Shown here piece after piece: positions 47,794 through 56,325 of a stretch of 64,000 nucleotides of DNA. The position numbers were made by a program, and so were the translations under genes. Position 1 is the stretch's first letter. Each line of letters begins with the position of its first letter. Origin of the DNA: Clostridia bacterium (GTDB taxonomy: Bacteria > Bacillota > Clostridia > Christensenellales > UBA1242); NCBI GenBank assembly GCA_017621525.1, contig JAGASX010000014.1, forward strand, positions 13,232 through 77,231, given 5' to 3'. A model generated the notes under the pieces. It had not been told where the DNA came from and did not search any database. It saw only the letters and a program-made list of their open reading frames with translations.

Positions 47794-48479
47794 TTGTTTT
47801 ATATGAAGATAACCACCTTATTGTAACAGTAAAACCACACAACACGCCATCACAGGCAGATGAAAGTGGCGATAAAGATATGCTTACAATGGTTAAAGAA
47901 TATGTTAAAGAAAAGTACAATAAAGAGGGTGAGGCTTTTATAGGCCTTGTCCATCGTCTTGACCGCCCAACAGGTGGCATTATGGTTTTTGCAAGAAACT
48001 CAAAGTCAGCAAGCAGACTTTCAAAACAACTTGCCGACAAAGAGATGACAAAAACATACTATGCGGTAACAAGCGCACTTCCAAAACAAAAAAGCGGGGT
48101 GCTTACCAACAATCTTAAAAAAGATGAGAAAAACAACATTGTAAGAATTGTTCCAATCAGCGAAAAGGGGGCAAAAGAGGCACAACTTTCATATAAAGTG
48201 CTTGCAACTGAGGGTGAAAATGCATTGCTTGAAGTTAAACCCAAAACAGGCAGAGGGCATCAAATTCGCGTTCAACTTGCAGGGATAAACTGCCCACTTT
48301 ACGGCGATAATAAATATGGCAGGGATAAAACGCACTCGTCTTCAACCCTTGGACTTTGGGCGGGCAGACTTGAATTTACTCACCCAACAACCAAACAAAA
48401 AATGACATTTGCCTTTCCGCCGGACAGCGAAAGAGAGCCATGGAATAAATTTTATATGGGCAAATACTTTTTAAAATAA
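47781..48479 (+). CDS. RluA-family pseudouridine synthase (no S4 domain)
   Basis: VHRLDRPTGGIMVFARNSKSASRLS, GRGHQIRVQLA. Confidence 0.87.
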   Translation: MEKLIVLYEDNHLIVTVKPHNTPSQADESGDKDMLTMVKEYVKEKYNKEGEAFIGLVHRLDRPTGGIMVFARNSKSASRLSKQLADKEMTKTYYAVTSALPKQKSGVLTNNLKKDEKNNIVRIVPISEKGAKEAQLSYKVLATEGENALLEVKPKTGRGHQIRVQLAGINCPLYGDNKYGRDKTHSSSTLGLWAGRLEFTHPTTKQKMTFAFPPDSEREPWNKFYMGKYFLK

Positions 48480-48528
48480 AAGATAAAATGCGATATTTTT
48501 TCGCATTTTTTAAAATATAAGGAGCGTT

Positions 48529-50301
48529 ATGAAAACAAGAAAGCAAATTCCAGAAAAATACAAGTGGGATTTAACTCCACTATGCAAAAATGATGAAGTA
48601 TTTGGTAAAACACTTGAAAAGGCAAAGGCGTATCTGCCAAAACTTAAAAAGTTTGAGGGTAAACTTAAAGATAAGCAAACAATTTTGCAATATTTAAAAT
48701 TGGATAAGGAGTTTTCAAACCTTATAAATCCAATCGCCCAATATCTGCACCTTAAACAAGATGAAGAACTTTCAAACCCTAAATATCAACTTATGGGCGA
48801 AAAACTTTCATATTTTTTAAATGAGGTAAGCATAGAAACATCTTTTGCAAGCACAGAACTTTATGAACTTTCCAATGAGGCACTTGATGAAATCATCGCA
48901 GACCCCGATTTTGCCAACTATGACAGAATGTTTAAGGATATTAAAAAAGATAAAAAACACAAACTTTCCAAGGCGGAAGAAAAATTGCTTGCCGGCATGG
49001 ACTTTTTAGGCGGATTTGCCCAAAATATGAGAAATTTAAGCGATGTGGACTTCAATTTCGGCGAAATTGAAGATGAAAAAGGCAGAAAACTTCCTTTTTC
49101 ACACTCTCTTTATGGAAAATATATGAGAAGTAAAGACCGCACACTTCGTAAAAATGCATTTGCCTGTATGAATGGCAAGTTTGGGCAGAGCATAAATATG
49201 CTTGCAAACAACTATATAAATGACGTTAAAGCAAACTGCTATTTTGCCAAAGTTCGTAAATATAAATCGGTGCTTGAAAGTGAACTTGAAGGGGAAGAGG
49301 TTACCCCAAAAGTTTACAAAACACTTATTGAAATGGTGCACCAAAATCTGCCACTTCTTTTTGACTATTTTAAAATTAAACAAAAAGAACTTGGCTTAAA
49401 GGAAATGTATATTTACGATACAATGACCGCCACCGATAAAAACACCGACAAAACCTACACTTATGATGAGGCGATTGAAATAATAAAGCAAGCACTTGCA
49501 CCACTCGGTGAGGAGTATGTCGGGTTAATTCAAAGGGCGAAAGAAGAACGCTGGATTGACGTTATGCCAAACAAGGACAAACGCTCTGGCGCCTATGAAA
49601 GCGGTATTTATGGCTATAATCCATATGTTCTTACAAATTTTGAGGGCGACATAGACAGCATTTTCACACTTGCGCATGAACTTGGGCACGCTATGCACTC
49701 ATATTTTTCAAACAAAAATCAACCGGAAGAAAAGGTGTATTACACAATATTCCTTGCAGAAATTGCAAGCACAACCAATGAAATTTTGCTTATAAACTAC
49801 TTCCTGCAAAGGGCAAAAACAAGTGAAGAAAAATGCGCCCTTTACAACAAACTTTTTGATGAGGTAAAAGGTTCAATTTTTCGCCAAACTATGTTTGCGG
49901 AATTTGAAGAGAAAATGCACGCAAAGGTTGAAGCGGGCGAGGGGCTTAACAAAGATATTTTGTGCAATGAATATTATGCACTTAATAAACAATATTTCGG
50001 CTTTGTAAAACTTACAGAAGAAACCAAATATGAATGGGCAAGAATACCCCACTTTTTCACCTGCTTTTATGTGTATAAATACGCAACCGGAATGATATGC
50101 GCAATCAACTTTGCAAACAGAATATTAAATAAAGAAAAGGGTGCTCTTGCCGACTATTTTAAATTTTTGTCGGCAGGAAACAGCGCCTCGCCAATTGCAA
50201 TTTTAAGAAAATCTCATTGTGACCTTGAAAAGCAGGAAACATTTGATAAGGCGTTTGACTATCTTAAACAAATTCTTGGCGATTGGAAAAAACTTAATTA
50301 A
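48529..50301 (+). CDS. pepF: Oligoendopeptidase F (M3B)
   Basis: N-terminal IPEKYKWDLTPL. Zinc motif TLAHELGHAMHSYF with downstream E in FLAEIAST. Confidence 0.9.
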   Translation: MKTRKQIPEKYKWDLTPLCKNDEVFGKTLEKAKAYLPKLKKFEGKLKDKQTILQYLKLDKEFSNLINPIAQYLHLKQDEELSNPKYQLMGEKLSYFLNEVSIETSFASTELYELSNEALDEIIADPDFANYDRMFKDIKKDKKHKLSKAEEKLLAGMDFLGGFAQNMRNLSDVDFNFGEIEDEKGRKLPFSHSLYGKYMRSKDRTLRKNAFACMNGKFGQSINMLANNYINDVKANCYFAKVRKYKSVLESELEGEEVTPKVYKTLIEMVHQNLPLLFDYFKIKQKELGLKEMYIYDTMTATDKNTDKTYTYDEAIEIIKQALAPLGEEYVGLIQRAKEERWIDVMPNKDKRSGAYESGIYGYNPYVLTNFEGDIDSIFTLAHELGHAMHSYFSNKNQPEEKVYYTIFLAEIASTTNEILLINYFLQRAKTSEEKCALYNKLFDEVKGSIFRQTMFAEFEEKMHAKVEAGEGLNKDILCNEYYALNKQYFGFVKLTEETKYEWARIPHFFTCFYVYKYATGMICAINFANRILNKEKGALADYFKFLSAGNSASPIAILRKSHCDLEKQETFDKAFDYLKQILGDWKKLN

Positions 50302-50399
50302 ACAAAGAGGGACTTTCCCTCTTTTTTCTTTACAATGCAAAATTTTTATGTTATACTTGCCTTGAATAGAAGAATATACTACACAAATGAGGGGGAATT

Positions 50400-52727
50400 A
50401 TGACGAAAATCAAAAATAACCTTATCTACATAATTTTGGCACTGCTTATTGTGGCAACATTAGGCGTGTTTTATGGTTGCAACAAGGGCGAAGAACAAGA
50501 CCCTTACACGGTAACCGGACATGGCAGTGTAACAGAAAGCCTTGATGAAAATGGCGATATAATTTCACTTACCGCCACCGCCGATAAATGGAACACCTTT
50601 TCTGGCTGGTATGATGGCCTTATAAAATACAGCAATCAAAAAACAATCACAATCACAAAAAACACTCCAAAAGGGCTTGTTGCAAAGTTTGAAACAAATG
50701 GCATGACAGGCGTAGACAGACTTTTGTTTGGCACTTATCAACGATATGCAGATGTCCTTGAAGGCGAGGGCGAATACCTCAACTTTTCTTGCGACGCAGA
50801 CATATCGGTTGTATCTGGGCTTTTAAGTAAAACCCTTTCATTCACAAGCGGGGGCTACGCCTCAAAAGATGGCAATGGTTTCAACGCATATTCACGCGCC
50901 CTTGAAAACGACAAACAAGTTTTTGCAACATATTACACAGATGACACAGAAAACGCTGGATTGTATATCGACTTTGGCACACATAAGGTGGCGGTTGGCG
51001 ATTTCAACACACTTGGCAAAATGCCATTCAGCCTTGCAACCTTTGACGGTGCTTGGAACCTTGTAAGTCTTTTAGATGAAGATATTTACAAAACCCTTGA
51101 CGACTATTTAGGCACTCGAAACGCGGTTGGCTTTGTTGAAGAGGTGGAAAACTCGCCAACACAAACCCGCCTTGTGCTTAACCTTGACAAACTACTTAAT
51201 GAACTTAAAGACAGAATTTACGCCCTTACCGACCCAAAATGGCAGGGGATAAAAGATGTTGTAGAAACGCTTACAAACCAATATTCAGGCATTGCATATA
51301 AACTTCCAAAAATTCAACTTTCAATTTATGCAAACTATGAAAAAGTAGGCGAAGAAGAAAGACTTTCTTCATTAGAGATGACAGCACTTTTTGAAGAGGA
51401 CTATTTGCTTGAAATTGAAAACACCCTTGTTACAATTCCACAGGGCATGATGACTGTCAACCTTAAAAACGCACAAATTGCAATCAGCGACACGCCAAAC
51501 GCAATTCCGCAGGAAATCATCTCAACATTCCCACAGGCGGTGCACGCAGTCAACTTCCACGCAGAGGGCACTCTTTCATTCCTTAAAGAAAATGTTGCAA
51601 CACTTAATAAAAGGGTGATTGACCAATATCTTGTAGAACTTGACGCTGACATAAATTTAAGATGCCTTGAAAACGCAGTTGAAGAAGATGAAATCAATGT
51701 TGAAAAAATTGATTGGAATAAGTTTGGATTTTTAAGTTTTAAAATCACACTTATTGAAAACTTAGACGATGCAAATCAATCAAACCGCCACAACGGCTCT
51801 ACCGAATACTTAAATATTTTAATTGACACCCAAAAGTTTGGTGCAAAAGCCCTTATTCATGCCGACCTATACAATCCTAAAACACTTCAAGGCGCAGGCA
51901 CTTCAACATATATTTTAAATGGCAGTTATGACCTTGCAGAACTTGCCCGCATATTGCCAAAAGTTGCCGGCGACTTGGAAGAAGAGTATGAAAACCCAAC
52001 ACCAGCAAACCTTGTTATGACAACAGCAACAGCGTCATTTGGCATTATTCAATCTTCACCAGATGAAATTTTGCATAACATTTTAATCAACATTCTAAAA
52101 AACATAGACCCAGACAATCAAATTGTTTCAGAGGGGCTTGAAATCACAGAGTTTGGCACAACCCTTGCCGTAGAAAAGGTTAAAGACCTTATCGAAGAAA
52201 AATTTGCATCAGCAAACGATACACTTGCCAGCCTTGGACTTCACAACAACCTTTTTGGCAATGAAACATCTCACATAGCCTATAAGACAGGGGCGTTCAC
52301 GTATGGCATTACAACCCAAAATGCAGACGGCGAATATGTTGACGCACAGGGTAATAAATTTGCAGATGAATTTAATCAAAAACATATCACACTTATTGGC
52401 GTAGCAGACGGCACAGATATGTTTACAGAAACATTCACACTTGCCAATATAGCAGATGAGGTAAACGCGCTTGTCGGCAAATACGTTACCATAACAAAGG
52501 GTACTTTCAGCGACGGAAGCCAAAGCACCACCTTTGCAAATTGTGCCGGCAATCAAGCAGAAATTGCAATGAGGGTTTACAGCGCAAGATATGAAATGAC
52601 AGGCACAGACACCGTAAAAATCACCACATACCTCACATTCTCTGCTGGCACACTTCAATCACTTATGACAGGCACATTCAACGTTCCATACGGCCTTGTA
52701 GAATACACCTTCGAGGTGCAGTTATAA
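50400..52727 (+). CDS. Large (775 aa) putative lipoprotein of unknown function
   Basis: Signal peptide LALLIVATLGVFYG|C with the Cys at position 27. The rest is Thr/Asn/Asp-rich and predicted extracytoplasmic. No recognised domain. Confidence 0.7.
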   Translation: MTKIKNNLIYIILALLIVATLGVFYGCNKGEEQDPYTVTGHGSVTESLDENGDIISLTATADKWNTFSGWYDGLIKYSNQKTITITKNTPKGLVAKFETNGMTGVDRLLFGTYQRYADVLEGEGEYLNFSCDADISVVSGLLSKTLSFTSGGYASKDGNGFNAYSRALENDKQVFATYYTDDTENAGLYIDFGTHKVAVGDFNTLGKMPFSLATFDGAWNLVSLLDEDIYKTLDDYLGTRNAVGFVEEVENSPTQTRLVLNLDKLLNELKDRIYALTDPKWQGIKDVVETLTNQYSGIAYKLPKIQLSIYANYEKVGEEERLSSLEMTALFEEDYLLEIENTLVTIPQGMMTVNLKNAQIAISDTPNAIPQEIISTFPQAVHAVNFHAEGTLSFLKENVATLNKRVIDQYLVELDADINLRCLENAVEEDEINVEKIDWNKFGFLSFKITLIENLDDANQSNRHNGSTEYLNILIDTQKFGAKALIHADLYNPKTLQGAGTSTYILNGSYDLAELARILPKVAGDLEEEYENPTPANLVMTTATASFGIIQSSPDEILHNILINILKNIDPDNQIVSEGLEITEFGTTLAVEKVKDLIEEKFASANDTLASLGLHNNLFGNETSHIAYKTGAFTYGITTQNADGEYVDAQGNKFADEFNQKHITLIGVADGTDMFTETFTLANIADEVNALVGKYVTITKGTFSDGSQSTTFANCAGNQAEIAMRVYSARYEMTGTDTVKITTYLTFSAGTLQSLMTGTFNVPYGLVEYTFEVQL

Positions 52728-52728
52728 C

Positions 52729-52757
52729 AAAAAAACTCCCACTCGGGAGTTTTTTTA
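52729..52757. terminator. Bidirectional intrinsic terminator
   Basis: CTCCC-actc-GGGAG flanked by A7/T7. Confidence 0.8.
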
Positions 52758-53465
52758 TTCCACAATCACCACATCGCCGTCGCGAGAATAACTTTCACCA
52801 AGATAGTCAAGTTCTTGCATCGCGTAAGAAGAAAGGTGTATTTTTACTAAATTACAATCGGGGTACTCTTTCGCAAGTCCCACAACCTCACCAACACAAA
52901 GGTGCTTTTGCGTTACTTCTACGCCCGCGGTGTCAATAAAACAAACCTTTGCTTTCTTTAAAATTTTATGCAAGTTGTTGCACATGGCGGTGTCGCCGGT
53001 AAAGCCAACCTTATTTCCGCCCTCATCAATCAAAAAGCCGTAACTGTCAAGGCTTCCATGCAACATTTTAAAACATTTAAAAGAATATTTGCCCAATTTC
53101 AATTTTTTGCCATTTTCACATTCAATAAAGGTTACAAATTCTTCAAGATGAGGCAAAAGATGTGAAAGTTCAAACAACCTAAACATGGCTTGAACTCGCT
53201 GTGCACAACCCTTTGGCGCAAGTATTGTTAATTTGCGTTTAGGAAAGTGCCTGAAAATATAGTCCAAAACAATATGCAAATCGGCAAAGTGGTCGCTGTG
53301 GAAGTGGGATATAACAATTGTGCTTATTTTGTCAAAACCATAATCTAAATACAAGGTTTTAAAAGAGCCCTGCGGTACGTCAAACAAAATTTCATCATTT
53401 ATAATATAACTTGTAGAAAGTTCCCGCGTCCAAGTGCAACCAGAGCCTACAATTTGAATTTTCAT
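52755..53465 (-). CDS. MBL-fold metallo-hydrolase (RNase Z/BN-like)
   Basis: ISHFHSDHFADL (HxHxDH), later TGDT and KIHLS motifs. Confidence 0.8.
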   Translation of the reverse strand: MKIQIVGSGCTWTRELSTSYIINDEILFDVPQGSFKTLYLDYGFDKISTIVISHFHSDHFADLHIVLDYIFRHFPKRKLTILAPKGCAQRVQAMFRLFELSHLLPHLEEFVTFIECENGKKLKLGKYSFKCFKMLHGSLDSYGFLIDEGGNKVGFTGDTAMCNNLHKILKKAKVCFIDTAGVEVTQKHLCVGEVVGLAKEYPDCNLVKIHLSSYAMQELDYLGESYSRDGDVVIVE

Positions 53466-53574
53466 AATAACTCCTACCTAAGTATAACATTTTGTAAAAA
53501 ATTTACAAATAAATTTTTGATTTATACTTGAAAAATAAAAAATTTATGTTACAATCAAAACATAGGGGGAAGAT

Positions 53575-55041
53575 ATGGGAAGAGAACACCATCGCACAAC
53601 AATGCCTAAAAAGAAAAAACGACCATATCACCAACCTATGGCAGAAGAAAGAATAAATCTTCATCATATAGAAAGTTACTTGCACGGCCACCGCAAACAA
53701 GCACTTGAAGAAATCACAGAGGCTACCGGCAACGATAATTTAAACGAACTTAAACCGCTTATAAAAAAGGGGATATACTCATACGTATCTCGTCAGTATC
53801 CAGACTTTGAGGGCTGTGTCAATATAAAATCATGCATATACAACTTGTTGAAAGATTTTAAGATGACAGACTTCACCCAAAGAAGTTGGCAATATCATCC
53901 ATACTATATAAATGTTCACGCATATAAAAAACTTCAACAAAGCCAGAAGTACCCAATTTATATAAGCAACTATGATTATGACAGCCCACTTTACACACTT
54001 TCCAACAACTTTATGTTCAACAATCGCAAAAAGGCAGGGCTGAACAGATACAGCGAAGAGAAAATTAAAAACGACGTGCAATTTTACCTTGCACCAGAAC
54101 AAAAAATTCTTTGCGCAAAGGTGATAACATTAAGATATAAACCAATCAATTTGCAACTTATCAAAAAAAGATATAGGGCAATTGAAAGCGTGGCAGGTGT
54201 TGCCATTTTGGACGGCGAAGTTGCCAAAAAACAACAACTGCTTACAGAACATGACGCACTGTATTCTCGCTCTCTTTCACTTTCAATGTATGTTATGCTT
54301 GACGGCAACCCAGAAAAGGCAATGCCTTTTATAAGATTTGATGATGAAGAGGGTGAACATACAAATGTTTATATCGGCGATGATAAACGCAGAAAAATCT
54401 TTGGCGATAGGGCAGAGGGACCACACTTTCACTTTCAAAATGAAACCGACAGCCTGCTTTGCTTAAGAAAGTTCTCTGGCGAAGAAACCAGAAGATACCG
54501 CACCGGCAGATGCAACGCAATTGACTGCCCACACCTTAAATCATATCTGCAATTTCTTGACGGCCTTGATGAGGCAGAAACAGAACGCCAATTAGAGAAA
54601 AATTTGCACTATGGTATGCCTTTTCTTGAAATGAAAATTCGCGAAAGAGCACCAAAAACCAAAATCACCGCTCGCATGTATGAATTTATAGAAAACCTGT
54701 CTGATGAAGAAAGAACAAAAATTCACTATGTGCAAGAATGGATAAACAACGCAAAACAAAACCCACAATATAAAAATGAAGATGGCAGAAAGTTTGGCAA
54801 AATTATTATGACACTTGACTTTTTCACTTTTATAAATGAAAAACGTAAAGAAATTGTCGATTTGGAAGAACGTTCTATGCTTACTCAAATTGAACTTGTA
54901 ACCGCCAACGCACTTATCTCCACCTTTGCAAATTGTGAAGAAAAAGAACTCTCTTCCGCCGATGACCGCTATAAATACACAATCAATGGCAACCATTTAG
55001 AAGAAACAAAAATTGAAAGGGAGGAAGAAAATGAAGTTTGA
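53575..55041 (+). CDS. Hypothetical 488-aa protein (orphan)
   Basis: RBS AGGGGGA. Basic N-terminus (MPKKKKRPYHQP). Central segment NVYIGDDKRRKIFGDRAEGPHFHFQNE loosely recalls the PPHFH motif of DUF4160-type proteins. Acidic C-terminus. No confident family. Confidence 0.65.
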   Translation: MGREHHRTTMPKKKKRPYHQPMAEERINLHHIESYLHGHRKQALEEITEATGNDNLNELKPLIKKGIYSYVSRQYPDFEGCVNIKSCIYNLLKDFKMTDFTQRSWQYHPYYINVHAYKKLQQSQKYPIYISNYDYDSPLYTLSNNFMFNNRKKAGLNRYSEEKIKNDVQFYLAPEQKILCAKVITLRYKPINLQLIKKRYRAIESVAGVAILDGEVAKKQQLLTEHDALYSRSLSLSMYVMLDGNPEKAMPFIRFDDEEGEHTNVYIGDDKRRKIFGDRAEGPHFHFQNETDSLLCLRKFSGEETRRYRTGRCNAIDCPHLKSYLQFLDGLDEAETERQLEKNLHYGMPFLEMKIRERAPKTKITARMYEFIENLSDEERTKIHYVQEWINNAKQNPQYKNEDGRKFGKIIMTLDFFTFINEKRKEIVDLEERSMLTQIELVTANALISTFANCEEKELSSADDRYKYTINGNHLEETKIEREEENEV

Positions 55042-55402
55042 TGCCATATTAAACAACTTTAAGGATATCGCTGGCGACAACCTTAAAAAAATTTCACCTC
55101 ATAAATACCTTGTTACCTTTCCTATTATGCTTGTAGAAAACTTTGACAGCCTGCCTGTGTACCTTGTCAACCTTGATGAAGAGGCATATTTGGCAGACTA
55201 CGGCAAAACGCTGGAAAGCATGGAAGTTGCCTTTGATGACCTTAAACCACAACTGAAAGAATATATATCAAATAAACTTAAATTTCTTGGCGTTGAATTT
55301 GATGGACAATCAATGATGATGCCAATAAAAGAAAACAATGAAAGACTTTGCCTATCACTTTTTGTTATGGCAATCTCATTCTTGCAAACTGTTTGCTTAT
55401 AA
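55031..55402 (+). CDS. Hypothetical 123-aa protein, translationally coupled to the 488-aa gene (DUF1828-like pattern suspected)
   Basis: GGGAGGAAG RBS inside the upstream gene, with an 11-nt overlap. YLVTFPIMLVENFDSLPVYLVNLDEEAYLADYGKTLESM resembles the DUF1828 layout. Confidence 0.6.
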   Translation: MKFDAILNNFKDIAGDNLKKISPHKYLVTFPIMLVENFDSLPVYLVNLDEEAYLADYGKTLESMEVAFDDLKPQLKEYISNKLKFLGVEFDGQSMMMPIKENNERLCLSLFVMAISFLQTVCL

Positions 55403-55407
55403 ATAAA

Positions 55408-55560
55408 AGCACCCCTGTCGACCGCTGACCGACAGGGACGCTTTTTTTTGTGGAAGTGGGACGAAACACCGCCGACGACTTGCAACCGTCGGCGACGTTT
55501 TTTTTGTGTCGCCCGCTCGGCGACCGCTGACCGCCTCGCCCGCTCCGCTTATAAGGTTGG
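55408..55560 (+). repeat. Cluster of three GC hairpins with conserved 9-nt loops (F0, F2, h9) plus a C-module tail
   Basis: F0: CCCTGTCG (55413-55420) - ACCGCTGAC - CGACAGGG (55430-55437) plus T8. F2: CGCCGACG (55470-55477) - ACTTGCAAC - CGTCGGCG (55487-55494) plus T8. h9: GGCG (55519-55522) - ACCGCTGAC - CGCC (55532-55535). Tail CGCTCCGCTTATAAGGTTGGA as at 4088 and 39409. Confidence 0.9.
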
Positions 55561-55578
55561 AAATAAAAAAAACACTAA

Positions 55579-55777
55579 AAGCCTTCCCCTTTGGCCGTAG
55601 GAAGGTGCCCGCAGGGCGGAAGAGGCTCAATTTTTGAAAACAAAAACAAATCAAGCCTTCCCCTTTAGCCGTAGGAAGGTGTCGCGTAGCGACGGAAGAG
55701 GCTCAATTATTTAAAACAAAAACAAATCAAGCCTTCCCCGAAACCGGGGAAGGTGCCCGAAGGGCGGAAGAGGCTCA
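55579..55777 (+). repeat. Tandem triplet of type-A modules (A7, A8, A9) with conserved 23-nt A-rich linkers
   Basis: A7 55579-55629 (hairpin 2 GCCC-gca-GGGC). A8 55653-55705 (TCGC-gta-GCGA). A9 55729-55777 (GCCC-gaa-GGGC). Linkers are ATTTTTGAAAACAAAAACAAATC and ATTATTTAAAACAAAAACAAATC. Confidence 0.97.
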
Positions 55778-55784
55778 AAAAAAC

Positions 55785-55813
55785 TTGCAATTTAATTTAG
55801 AATTATATAAAAT
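55785..55813 (+). promoter_or_regulatory. Promoter of the DUF559 gene. Geometry implies a leaderless or near-leaderless mRNA.
   Basis: TTGCAA (55785-55790), 17 nt, TAAAAT (55808-55813). The ATG at 55820 is only 6 nt downstream and has no SD. Confidence 0.5.
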
Positions 55814-55819
55814 AAAGTT

Positions 55820-56173
55820 ATGAAAACGCCGAATAAAAAACTTACGCCAAATGCTCAAATATTGCGGAAAAATATGACAAAAGAAGAAAGACATTTATGG
55901 TATGATTTTTTGTCAACTTATCCTATACAATTTAAAAGACAAAAGGTTGTAGGCAGGTATATTGCAGATTTCTTTTGCCCGAAAGCCAAAATTATAATTG
56001 AAATTGACGGCTCTCAACATTTTAGTGAAGATGGATTGCAGTATGATAAAGAGAGAACGGACTTTCTTAATAAATTTGGAATTATGGTTATAAGATTAAC
56101 AAATATTGATATAAATCAAAGGTTTAGGTCATCATGTGAATTTATTGATTTAAAAGTTAAAGAGAGGTTATGA
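55820..56173 (+). CDS. DUF559 (Vsr-like/PD-(D/E)xK fold) endonuclease-domain protein
   Basis: LTPNAQILRKNMTKEERHLWYDFL...FKRQKVVGRYIADFFCPKAKIIIEIDGSQH...DKERTDFLNKFGIMVIRLTN is the typical DUF559 layout. It is visibly more AT-rich, with TTA/ATA/AGA codons that are uncommon in neighbouring genes. Confidence 0.85.
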   Translation: MKTPNKKLTPNAQILRKNMTKEERHLWYDFLSTYPIQFKRQKVVGRYIADFFCPKAKIIIEIDGSQHFSEDGLQYDKERTDFLNKFGIMVIRLTNIDINQRFRSSCEFIDLKVKERL

Positions 56174-56230
56174 GCCTCTTTCGTCATTCGCTAACGCTCA
56201 TGCCACCTTCCCCGGTTTCGGGGAAGGCTT
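56171..56230 (-). repeat. Type-A module copy A10, inverted. It begins at the DUF559 stop codon.
   Basis: TGAGCCTCTTTCGTCATTCGCTAACGCTCATGCCACCTTCCCCGGTTTCGGGGAAGGCTT is the reverse complement of AAGCCTTCCCCGAAACCGGGGAAGGTG-[21 nt]-GAAAGAGGCTCA. Hairpin 1 is identical to A9. Confidence 0.93.
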
Positions 56231-56325
56231 TTTATTGAAATCCTAAACCTTATCATGCTTCCTGCGAGCCCGCGGGGAGTGTCGCCAAAGGCGACGAGAG
56301 GTGTCATCAAAATTCCTTACATATT

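Noticed and set aside
55579-55777. Regularly spaced repeats that superficially resemble a short CRISPR array.
   Set aside because: The 23-nt spacers are near-identical to each other. The repeats differ from one another only in a paired stem. There are just three units and no cas genes or leader. It is a tandem array of the type-A element, not a CRISPR array.
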